Position numbers and translations under genes: made by a program. 64,000 nt of DNA, taken from Eledone cirrhosa. Taxonomy: Eukaryota. Below, piece by piece: positions 52,234 to 64,000 of this stretch (position 1 is the stretch's first letter; each line of letters starts with the position of its first letter). Location of the stretch: NCBI GenBank assembly GCA_964016885.1, contig OZ024740.1, positions 275,280,001 to 275,344,000 on the forward strand, read 5' to 3'. The notes below the pieces were generated by a model. The model saw only the letters and a program-made list of their open reading frames with translations. It was not told the origin of the DNA and searched no databases.

Positions 52234-53945
52234 CATATATATATATAGGAAAAGTGTCAGGACGCCAACGGCTGAGTTCGGATCTAGCTGTCGAAACGAC
52301 CACAGCTCAGCCGTCGGGGTCCTGACTCTTTTCCTATTACCCACTCTACTGCCGTAAGTATTGAGTACTCTGGGTCATTATGGTCCACCTGGTATCTTAC
52401 CACACTTTCTTTGTTATATATATATATATATCAAGATGGATACAGTAAGAAACCAAAATACTCTATACTTGGGGTAGTAGAGTATGGTTATATGAAAGAG
52501 TCAGGATCCTGACTGCTGAGGTCTTGCCATTTCATCAGCTAATTTCATCCGCGACTAGCTGTTGAAATGGCAACAGCTCATCCATTGGGGTCCTGACTCT
52601 TTCACATATATATCATCATCATCATCTCTGTTTTACGTCCGTTCTTCCACGCTAGCATGGGTTAGACGGGTTGTCCTGTTGTGGGCAGTGTCTGGTCGGC
52701 TGACCTTGTCTTGCTCATACAGAAACTGATTCTGGCTTGATTTCTACAGCTGGATGCCCTTCCTAACACCAACCTCATTTACAGTGATTGCTGGGTGCTT
52801 TTTACCGTGGCGTCTACACACCCACTTTACAATGTGGGTTGGGTGCTTTTTTGCCGTGGCACCTCCATGACCACTTTGTAGTGGAATGATAGGGACTCCA
52901 GTCCTATCATCTCATTCCTACAGCTGAGTAAACTGGAGCAATGTGAAATAAAGTGTCTTGCTCAAGGATACAACACATCACCCGGTCCGAGAATTGAACT
53001 CACAACCTTTCTATTGCAAGCCCAATGCTCTAACCACTAAGCCATGCGCATATATAGTAATAATAAATGTGAAGACTAAAATCCGAAGAGGGCTCGATAA
53101 GGATTATATATATATATATATGTATATAAATCATCATCATCATCATCATCACTGTTTTATGTCCATACCTCCACACTAGCATGGGTTAGACTGGTTGTCC
53201 TGTTGTGGGCAGTGCCTGGTCGACTGACCTTGTCTTGCTTATATGGGAACTGATTCTGGCTCGATTTCTACAGCTGGATGCCCTTCCTAACACCAACGTC
53301 ATTTACAGTGAGAGCTGGGTGCTTTTTTTCCATAGCGCCTACATGACCACTTTACAATGTGGGCTGGTTGCTTTTTTGCCATGGCACCTCCATGACCACT
53401 TTGCAGTCGGAGGGGATGGGGGCATATTGTCTATATGCTTCAGCTTCAGCTTGTACCCGTGGGAAGTTGGGTCAACCCGTAGAACAAATATTTATTATAA
53501 GAACAGATTAAAGTTTAAGCAAAGAATTGCTACTTTCACCCTTAACAGGATGTATAAAAAAGAATCATCCTATTCTATTTACAATTTTTACAAATGCTCA
53601 ATATGTAAATAACTTTGAATAAATTTCTAAAAGTTATAAAAAAAAGAATAAAACCCTATGTTCAGACATATATTGGTCAAGTTACCACATGATTATATGG
53701 TCATTCGTTTCACAAATATAGTGTTTTGATAAATCCTATATAATTATATATATATATATAAATGGAAAAATGAAATTTCCTTTCTCACTCTTAGTACGGC
53801 TGATACTTAAATATAAGTATGTATACGTACACCCATATATGTATACAGACGTACAGTAGTATGTATATACATACATACATGCACATACATATATATATAT
53901 ACAAACAAACCGAACATTATAATAAATGTTCTGTAAACCCATACA

Positions 53946-53989
<44 letters not shown>

Positions 53990-53991
<2 letters not shown>

Positions 53992-54415
53992 GGAAAAATT
54001 TGAACAGAGACAAAACAGAGAGGCAGTACAACGAATGTTTATTAATTTCACGCTCTGGAGAGTGGGGTGTTGGTGGGGGACGATGTTTCGGGCATAAGCC
54101 CTTCCTCAGGTGAGAAGTGTGTGGGAACAGAGTTCAAAGGGTGTGTAGGGGAGTGGTGGAGAGACATATAGGGAAAGGAAACGGTGCGAATGAAAAAATA
54201 AAAAATAAAGATAAAAATAAAAATAAAGCATGATCAAAATACAAGGAATGAGATAAATTTAAATATAAAGGCATGATCAAAATAAACTGAAATTAAAAGG
54301 GGGGTAAAACAGGTGGTGGAAGGGTGTGGGGTGTGTAGGGGTGGTGGCGGGTGGAGTGGGGAGAGGGAGACGGGGTGTCCGAGCGGGGAGGGCTGAAGGT
54401 GGTGTGTGTGTGTAG

Positions 54416-54472
<57 letters not shown>

Positions 54473-56737
54473 AAATTAAGGGTTGGGGGAAGAACGGGGT
54501 TGCATGTTCAAGAAGAGGTGTGTGTGGGAGGGGTTTGTGGGTTGGAGTGTCTGTGCGTGTGTGGATAGAGGGGTGGGGGAGAGGAATCAGGAGGCTGAGG
54601 GTGTAAATATGTGGTGGAAAGCACGTGTGTGTGGGGTTTAAGTGTGTTGTGGGTGTAGGTGGCGTGTGGAGAAAAAATTTGTTTAGGGTGTGTGTGTGGG
54701 TGAGTTATATAGGTGATTACGTAAGAGGATGGTTGAAAAGTAGGTAAATTCCGAAGATGTTTAGTGGATTCGTTGTTGGTCAATTTCTGCGTGTGGGTAT
54801 TCCATGAAGCGATGGTCGGAAGAGGAGAGATGTGGGGTACGCGCGCAACAGGAAGTGGTCAAGCAGTGGGAGTGCTGTGTGTCTGTTTGTGCTGGGAGGT
54901 GGTCAGAGGGCATAGCAGCAGTCGGTGGAATGGTAAAGGGGCGAGGATGGGTAGGTGTGAAAGTTGGAGTGAGGAGTGTGTGTCTGTGTATTAGTAGAGG
55001 TGTTAGTGGGATGAGTGAGTGTGGAGCGAGGGTGTGGGTGGAGCGGGGAGAGAAGGGTGTGTGTGGTTCTATGGATGGGGTGTGGTGTACTGGTGTGTGT
55101 GTAGTTTGATGAAGAGATGTTAGTGGGTGTTAGTATACGGGAGTGGGGAGGGGTTGAATGCAGGTGTGAGTGGGGGTTAGTGGTGGTAGGGTGTGTAGAG
55201 TTGGTGGTGTACGAGGGTGTGTGGGTACGTGTGCATGGGGTTGGGGGTGTTAGTGATGTTAGTTGCGTGTGGGGTGGGTGGTGTAAGTGGGTGCGTGTGT
55301 TCGTGTGCTTGGGGTTAGGGGGTGTTAGTGAGGTTAGTTGCGGGGTGGTGGGATGGAGGTGTGGGGGTGAGAGGTGTGGGGGTGAGAGGTGTGGGGGTGA
55401 GGGTTAGTGGTGGTAGTAGGGTGTGTGTTTAGTGTGAGCGCGTGTATATATGTGCCGGTGGGTGTGTGGGTGTGATAAGGAGGGGGAGGAGTAGAAGAGG
55501 GGAGGGATGTTAGTATGTTAGTTGGGGAAGGGTGGTCAGATGAGGGGTGGAATGGAGGTGTTAGTGGGGGATAAGTGTGGGTGGAGGGGGCGGTCGAAGG
55601 CTAAAGGAATAAGGGTGGGGAGTTGAGGCCGGGGGGAGTGTGGGTCTGTAAGATGAAGATAGTTCGTTGTTCGACCGTAAGGCGATTGGCGGGTGTTCCG
55701 TGGCACTGGAGTAGGCCACAGACTGTGAGATGGCGTGCGGAATGTCCAAGACCACCAAAGTGGCGGGCGATGGGGGAACTGCCTCCGAGACGAATATCCC
55801 GGAGGTGCTCCGTGAATCGGTCCGCCAGGCGACGTCCCTGTCTGTCCGACATAAGTCGCGCTGCACTCCGTGCAACGAAGTCCGTAGACTAGGTTGGAGG
55901 AGGTGCAGCGGAAGGCATGCCAGACCGAGAGAGAGTGGCCGTTGGGACCCTGGAAGGTGGTGGTGTTGGTGATGTGGGTACAGGTGTTGCAGCGGGGCCT
56001 AGAACAGGGAAAGGAACCGGGGGGGGGGGAACAGGGCGTGGGTTGGGGAATAGGGAGCTGTGGACGAGGAGGGTGCGGAGATTGCGTGCGCGTTTGAAGG
56101 AGGGGAGTGGTGGGGTTGGGAAGATGTGGGAGGTGGAGGGGTCGGACTGGAGCCGTCGGAAGAGGCGGCGGATGGTGCGGTGGAGGGGTAACGTGGAGGG
56201 GTGGTAGGTGATGGGGAAGGGGAGACGGTGGGTGGGTGTGCGGTGGCGTGGGGTGAGGGTGGTGGAGCGGGGGACAGCACGGGCGCGGGTGAGAGCGGTG
56301 TGGACGAGAGAGGGGGGTAACCTCTGCGGATGAAATCTCGGCTACAGAGGCGGCGGATCCTGAGAAGTTGGGAGTAGGGAATGGAGTGTTTAGTGTGGGT
56401 GGGGTGGGAAGAGGTGAAGTCGAGGTAAGAGTGGGAGTCGGTGGGTTTGAAGAAGGCGGAGGTGACGAGGGAGTGGTGGGAGGGGTCGAAGGCGACGGAG
56501 ATGTCTAAGAAGTGGACGTGGGTGGTGGAGATAGAGGTGGTGAAGTGGAGGGAGGGGTGGAAGGATCAGAAGAAGGAGAGAAAGGAGTCGAGCTGTTCTC
56601 GGGTGAGGGTCGTGGCTCCGATACAGTCGTCAATGTAACGACCGTACAGTTCGGGCGTGGGGGGGGGGGGGTGTACTGGGCAAAGATTTGGGCTCAACAT
56701 GGCCAACAAAAAGGTTGGCATAGTTCGGGCCCATTCT
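53990..56737 (-). mobile_element. 5'-truncated Neptune-like Penelope element (RT + GIY-YIG, frameshifted)
   Basis: Minus strand 55601-56737 reads MGPNYANLFVG..YGRYIDDC..FLDI..KPTDSHSYL..SSHP..SIPYSQLLRIRRLCS..RGYP..CSRPRCNTC..C.SSNLVY..C..C..YVGQT..RF.EH..HF..H..GLN. It has a long C/A-rich 3' region and a terminal hammerhead, with (TA)n at both ends. Confidence 0.92.
54079..54112 (-). ncRNA. Minimal hammerhead at PLE 3' end
   Basis: Minus strand: CTGAGGA-a-gggc ttat gccc-GAAA-catcg-TC. Stem I is poor. Confidence 0.6.
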
Positions 56738-56756
56738 TATATATATATATATATAT

Positions 56757-57415
56757 AAGAAAGTAAGTCCATAGAATCATTTGATAAAATATATACAGTA
56801 TTTCTTCTCCCAATCAGCATAATCAACCACATAAAAAATCAATTTAACGAGGCTATAATTTTAAAATGTACCTATGAAGAAACAATAGATAAATAAAAGA
56901 TAGCTATTTTATCAGCGATCCACAGCCACAGAAGATTTACCTAGTATTTCTAATAGCCCGTAGAAATTGACTAGACATATAGTTAACCATACACAATTAG
57001 GTACAAAATCAAAGTTAGAAGAAAAAATGTGCATAAACATACCAAAATCATGTTTCTACCCCCGGAGGTTTCATTCGCTTTTTGGAAATATCTGATCATG
57101 GATAAATCAACGAGTTTCGAAATCATCAATAAACAAACTCAATTGTACAAAGATTTTTCTTAAATGATCCCCACCAGAAACGAGTTCAAAATGGCTAATA
57201 ATTGTCTACGGGCTATTAGAAATACTAGGTAAATCTTCTGTGGCTGTGGATCGCGGATAAAATAGCTATCATTTATTTCTCTATTGTTTCTTCATAGGTA
57301 CATTTTAAACTTATAGCCTCATTTAATTGATTTATTATGTGATTGATTATGCTGATTGGGAGATGAAATACTGTATATATTTTATCAAATGGTTCTATGG
57401 ACTTACTTTCTTATA
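56757..57415. repeat. ~210-bp inverted repeat pair (probable PLE terminal module)
   Basis: 56757-56968 mirrors ~57200-57415 and abuts (TA)n. Confidence 0.85.
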
Positions 57416-57541
57416 TATTGCTCTGATTGTTGATTATTTAATTAATTAATTCGTCATTGAGCCACACCGTGAATGGTTGCCAAAAACATATATATATATA
57501 TATATCTATGGCTCTGTCTAGTTTATGTAAATGTAAACCTC

Positions 57542-57644
<103 letters not shown>

Positions 57645-57992
57645 CATATATATATATGATGGGCTTCTCTACAGTTTCCTTCAACCAGGTTTCACTCACA
57701 AGGCATATGAGTAGAAAACACTTGCTTAGCGTTATGTAGTGGGACTGAACCTGAATTCATGTAACTGCAATGTAATCTTTTTAACCACATAGCCAAATGT
57801 TTGCCTATAAAATGAACATTTTTTTGTGTTGGTACTAGCTAAGTTTGTGGCCCCGGCCAGAGTGGTTTTGCTGTTTATTCCTAACCACTGGTTAGGACCA
57901 GAAAGATTCCAACAATATATTAATATATAGCTTCTTATTTACCTACTGCACAGTGCTCTTATTTGTCATGTGTGTGGCAATATTATTAAGGA

Positions 57993-58966
57993 CTAGCAGA
58001 AAAACAACCCTTCGGGTGGTTTTCTGCTATCATGTGTAGTGTTCCTAATATTATACACTAATACATAGATCCATGGACGAGTTCTCTCCAGTGGTCTCTG
58101 TCCCTCATTATCGCTGCCATGTCCTGCATCTCCAACAGACCAGTGTCTGTCCTGAGGGCATCAACATACGTTAACCTTGGTCTTCCTCTTCTAGTGTGTC
58201 CATGTAGGGGCTCCCAAAGGAGTACTGAGTGCAATGTCAACTCTGGATGTCGGTGAGCATGTCCAGCTAACCTCAGTCTCCTCTGTGTCACTTTTGAGCT
58301 GACTTTTGGGATGCACTAATATATATCCATGTAGATATATGTCAAATATAATCGTAATTGAGAATATGCACAGAAATTGAAGAGAGACAGTGTTACACTC
58401 TCTTCTGTAATCAGTAAAGTAATCCATGATACATTTAAAAAAGACGATATTATATATAAACGGCATTAGGAGAAAATTAGTGACAGAAATATATGTGATA
58501 CTCGTTTACTCGTTTACCTGTTTCAGCCATCCGGCTGAGGCCATGCTGGGGCACCGAGTGTTATAATATAACCGGAAGTGTTGACATTTGAAAATTTTAA
58601 AGAAGTGAATCTTTAAATAAGCAATAAAATATATTTAATCAAGAGTTACGAAATTTAGTACATAAATTATGTAATATTCATTCATTATTTGTGGATTGGC
58701 AGTATCGGTAGAGGGTCGGACACCATGCTTTCCAGCATAGTTACGTCCCTTTACGATCTGAGTTCAAATCCCGCCGAGGTTGACTTTGCCTTTCATCCTT
58801 ATGGGGTCGATAAAATAAAGTACCAGTAATGCACTGGGTAATTGCTGGCCTTGTGCCTAAAGTAGAAACAATTATTTATTCAAAGTAATCCAACTTATTT
58901 TACAAACGGGGTAAAAAAATATATTCTGGATGCAGTCCCACTCTCCTTTCTTTATTATAGTTAAGA
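57993..58966 (-). mobile_element. Non-autonomous Helitron with internal LINE 3' fragment and SINE insertions
   Basis: Same termini and body as 31601-32071. It contains RRLRLAGH..WEP.HG..RGRP..Y.D.L..DTGL (58058-58291) and a family A SINE (58692-58873). Confidence 0.8.
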
Positions 58967-60110
58967 TTGACAGATTCATTAAAGCATTGGAGAAATGCTT
59001 TGCGCTATTTGTTCAGGCTATTTACATTGAGTTCAAATCCCTCTGAGGTCAACTTTGCCTTTCATCCTTCCAAGGTTGATAGAATAAAGTGCCATTCATA
59101 TACTGAGATCAAAATAATTAACTTTCCTTTCAACCCCCAAATTGCTGGCCTTATGCCAAAATTAGAAACCATTGTTATTGTTTATTTTTATGTTGTTGTT
59201 ATTATTCTCAGTATTTAAATCTTGCTGGGGTTGTCTTAGTTCTTCATCCTCCCAGAATATAGAAAATAAATTAGCAATCAAGTATTGTGTTCAATATAAT
59301 TTATTAATCCATTCTTCACCAAATTTCTGTATTTCTGCATATGTTATAATCTATTTTGGCAGTATCGGTAGAGCGTCGGACAATATGCTTTGTGGCATAA
59401 AGTAACGGCCCTTTACATTCTGAGTTCAAATCCTGTTGGAGCTAGCTTTCCTTTTCATCCTTACTTGGTTGATAAAATAAAGCACCTGTATTGTTGGTAT
59501 ATATTTAGGAAACAAACTGGTGGTCATGAAACAAAAGGAAAGAATGTTCTCTTAAAGTTTCTGTATGACAATTCAGCTTATCACCTTAAACAGACCAATT
59601 TAACCATTTAGCATTTACATTGCTCTATAGATACTATTGCATTTCCAGGGTAAAGGCGTTATCTCGCATAATTATCTCACATAATATCGAATCTATGAGA
59701 TTTTCATATTTATTTTGAGAACAATACCTTAACATCAGTATGAATGGTTGGTTACAGCTGGTTTGAACAGAAAGAGGTGAGAAAATTCTGGCCGGATACG
59801 ACTGGCTTAGATGCCAAAGGGTGAGGAACCAATGTAAATTTAGTCAGCTTGCACGAAACCCTCTTTCTATCTTTAGATTATACTGCTTAATGAGATAATA
59901 TTGAAAATCATCAACAATAGGAAAATAACCTACACCCAGAAGTATGATACATCTGTGTGATACAGCTTTTACAAAGCACTATCAAATGCTCAACATATCA
60001 TTCTTCATTTACGATGAATTGAAGGAAATGGCTACTTTTTCAAATAGTTTGGGGAATTTCATTGAAAATGTCTTAAAAACAGCTGTGAAGGTTTATAATT
60101 TACTTTGGCA

Positions 60111-60480
60111 CTAGACCCCGCCAGTTGCAGACTGCGCATCAACATGAGATAATTTTCTCCACACAGTTTGATCACCAACGGCAGAGTTTAAAGAGCAAAG
60201 ATCAAGTCCAGTCCATAGGTTGACATTATCAAGCCATCGTTTTTGCTGCCGGCCTCTGCTTCTCTTACCAGCCAACCTTCCTTCCAGGCATAACTTACTC
60301 ACATCACGAGTTGATCTTTTTATATGACCATATAGTTTGGGTACTCTTCACTTGACAATTGATGTAATTGGTCTAAGTCTGGTAATGTTGAGCAGCTCAC
60401 TGATACAGATACGGTCGTTGAGTTGCTTGCCAGTCATAAGTCTCATGATGTGGTTCTGGAATGTAGAGAGCTTTTGAAGT
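60111..60480 (-). mobile_element. Degraded LINE (RTE-related) C-terminal fragment
   Basis: YGHI..LEGRLAGKRSRGRQQKRWLDNV..WTGL..W. Confidence 0.75.
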
Positions 60481-60594
60481 GACAACATCTTATTTTAAAG
60501 CTCTCAATCAATTCTGTGCAGAAAGTACAGAAATAGCCAAGCAAGAAATACATATAATGCCAATGGAAATAATTGAATAGTGTGATGAATAATT

Positions 60595-61220
60595 ATGGTT
60601 TCTGATTTAGGCACAAGGCTAACAATGTTTGGGGAAAGGAAAGTGAAGACAATCAGCCTGGTACTTTATTTTATCAACCCCATAATGATGAAACTCAAAG
60701 CTAACCTCAGCAGAATTTGAACTCAAAATGTAAAGGCTTGTACATATATAAAGTAAGGCATATCAGAAATGTTACTAATACTGCCAATCTACCACCCTGT
60801 GTGTTTCTAGTATAGGCACAAGGCCAGTAATTTGGGGGGAGGGGAAAGTCGATTAAATCAAACCCAGTGCATGACTGGTACTTTATTTTATCGACCCCAT
60901 AAGGATGAAAGGCAAAGCTAACCTCAGCGGGATTTGAACTCAGAATGTAAAGGACTGTAACTCGATGCTGCAAACCATGTTGTCCGACACTTTACTGATA
61001 GTGTCAATCCAACATTCTGTGTGGTAAATAATAATAATAATAATTGTTTCTACTTTTGGCGCAAGGCCAGCAATTACCCAGTGCAATACTGGTACTTTAT
61101 TTTATCGACCCCGTAAGGATGAAAGGCAAAGTCAACCTCGGCAGGATTTGAACTCAGATCGTAAAGGGACGTAACTATGCTGGAAAGCATGGCGTCCGAC
61201 CCTCTACCGATACTGCCAAT
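60595..61220 (-). mobile_element. Three tandem family A SINEs
   Basis: Reverse-complement copies at 60595-60798, 60803-61011 and 61042-61220. Confidence 0.88.
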
Positions 61221-61821
61221 ACATTAAATGATTAGTGATGGACCTGGAAGTTGTGGCAGAAAGCTAAGCAATAGAAAAGTAAGCTGGAAAAGGTTTCAGC
61301 ACTTTGGCCAAAAGACATCATAATTTTTTAACTTAAGCTACTGACAGTTTGACCAGAATGACTGAAAACGTTATCTGCATTCATCCATTGCAATTCAGAA
61401 TGAATAGCATTGTGATGAGACAGGGCTGATGGGTGTGAAAACAAAACAAAATATAGAAAAGATTAAAAATGAGTAAATGTCTTTATATTGAAATCCATTC
61501 AGGTAAACTATGGCATTTAGAATCTATGATTTACCTATTACTTTATAGGTGAGAAGTCAGTAAGCATTAACATAAACTAAACAGGAAAGACATACCTCCT
61601 CTCTCACTCATTCACACACAAATGCATACATACATTCATATATATATATATATATATGTGTATATATATATGTATATATATATATATAAATATATATGTA
61701 TATATATATATATGTATATATGTGTGTGTGTATATATATATATATATATAGATGTAATTGCAAGTATGTATATGTTTGAGTATATATTTATGTTGCAAAC
61801 TCAATCGGCATGATCTCTCTC

Positions 61822-61873
<52 letters not shown>

Positions 61874-64000
61874 CATATATATATGTGCATGTGTGTGTGT
61901 GTGTGGCTAGCTGGTTATATAGACAAATATATAGACAGGAGAGAGAGAAAGAGAGAAGGAGAAACCATTACTAGATCAGTTGAAGGAAGACCGGAGTTCA
62001 AAGGTTTGTTCTAAATATCAGAGATTTGGACATCGACAAAAATTAAATTCAATTGACCAGAAAATATTTTTCTTGGTGTGAAGAAGGATTTGACTAATTT
62101 GCTTCAAAGTCAATCTATAAGTAAAATGCTATTCTTTTTTATTGTATTTTTTACATTTCTCTTTTACTTTTTTTTCTTATTTATTTGTTTTCTTTATCTC
62201 TACTTTTTTCTCTTCTACTTTATTCAGTCTGTCCTTTTTTTCTATTTTTTCCTATTTTAGAGTACTCCATCAAAATTGTGGACAAATTCAAAAATAACTG
62301 ACAAACAAAAGGGTTATAAGGATGGTGATGAGGCTGGTTTAGGATTGTGCTGGTGATGGTGGTAGTGGCAATGGTTATAAAACAGAACAAGTGGAATAAA
62401 ACTAAGTGATTTCTTCTACTCAACATAGATACAAGTAAAAGTTGGTAAAAATCTTTGGCAATGAGGTTTTGCAGGGACTAAATCACTTCCATTACATTGG
62501 TCATACTGAAATAGGTTTCTCAGTTCATTGTATAATCGCAGATATGTGCCTCAGTTTTAAGTTATGTACATATGTTCATACATCTATGTGTATATGCGTA
62601 TGCAAGTTTTTATAAAACTGCACAGAGCACACACACACACACACATATCTTTCTATATTTCTCTTACTGGAACTATGTAGATATGTAGTTAGGTTCTTCC
62701 ACTCACGATTATAAGGTCAGAAGTTCGATTCCTGCCCACACAGTGACATGTTGTGCCCTTTAGCAATACTCTTTATTTACTGTTGCTTCAGTGGTCTGGA
62801 GACTTATCATCCCTTTCCACTCATCATCCTTATCATCGTTTAATGTCCATTGTTCTTGCTTGCTTGGATTAGATGGGTTGTCCCATTATGAGACTAGTCA
62901 GGTGTGGAGAGCAAATCTTGCTCATATGCATCTGTATGCATTTGGTTGCATCTGTATGCATTTGGTTTGGTTTCTATGGCTAGATGCCTTTCCTAACATG
63001 AGCCACCTACCAGTGGACTGGGTGCTTTTGTTGTTGTGACACCAGATCAGCATACTGTATTAACAATATCGAAAGCTCTAGTAAGATATAAAACTCATAA
63101 ATACATTTATGTAACCAACTATGTGAGAGCGAGAAATAAAATTCAAATTTTGTTTTTAATTTCTTTGCTAAACCAGCTGTAAAATCGCTCAGTAAGCAAA
63201 TGAGGCTAATCAACCGATGTATACTTTAGAAAATAGTATATATTTTCAACAGTCCAAGTGAGTGGCAAAGAACAATAATCCAGAAACATGCTGATTGTTT
63301 CTCAAAGCCACTGCTATAACAAACGGATGATGATGGTCATCAAAAGACATAGAACAATGAGGCTGTCTCCTTACAAATGAATCAAATACTATTATTATTA
63401 TTCAATATAAAACTTATGGATGCATTTAAGTAACCCGGTATATGAGAGTGAGAAATTAAATTCTTATTTTGTTATATATATATATACTGTACGTATATAT
63501 ATTTATATACTACTAAAACTCTGTGATTGTGTGCTTGTCTGTAATTTAATACAGCCAAAATGGCACATAATGGGAAAATACTTTGAAAAGAAATTACCTC
63601 TGAAATGAGAATACAAATGGAATAAAACATGCTTCACGTAAATCAGACACGGGTTCCTGAGATACGGGTTTTTTGGAGCACCTTCATAAATAGCCAACAG
63701 CTTCATGATAACCAATACAGCTCTCTCTATATATTATAAACCCCTCTTTTTCTGTATATTATAACCTTCTCACTCTATATATATATATATTATAACCCTT
63801 GCCCTTTCTATATATTATAGCCTTCTCTCTTTTGTTACAAAGCCAGCAATTATCCCAGTGTATTACTGGTGCTTTATTTTATCGAGCCTGTAAGGATGAA
63901 AAGCGATGTTAACCTCGGCGTGATTTCAATTCAGAACATAAAGGGTCATAATTCTCTGCTGCATATATAATATATGGAACTTGCATTCTCCAAATCCCAA

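Noticed and set aside
54406-55407. Plus-strand Gly/Val/Trp-rich ORFs
   Set aside because: Low-complexity G/T-rich antisense of the PLE 3' region.
56566-56568. In-frame TGA in the PLE RT read as selenocysteine
   Set aside because: It is not at a Cys-type position, and the copy also has frameshifts and a deletion. Ordinary decay (e.g. CGA to TGA) is simpler.

Overview
This is AT-rich animal genomic DNA made almost entirely of repeats. The SINE/RTE/(TA)n/(CAT)n make-up suggests an octopus-like cephalopod, but that is inference. I cannot support any intact host gene, rRNA, tRNA or CRISPR array. Retroelements: two near-full-length broken RTE LINEs plus fragments, with a PHD-type finger inside the RT region in four copies; three lineages of Penelope-like elements (PLEs; RT and/or GIY-YIG); CRE-like and other LINE tails; and tRNA-derived and RTE-derived SINEs. 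DNA elements: hAT, mariner-like and piggyBac-like MITEs, two non-autonomous Helitrons, and a 7.3-kb hAT-bounded nest. There is also a CpG-rich 27-bp minisatellite of NRF1-type palindromes. The most striking signal is about a dozen intact or decayed type I hammerhead ribozyme motifs of several architectures (minimal dimer-type, U3-A8 core variant, very long stem II). They sit in short, mostly (TA)n-embedded modules that are often direct or inverted repeats. One is a retrozyme-like ~496-bp unit with no coding sequence. All folds and coordinates were read by eye; boundaries of degraded repeats are approximate.
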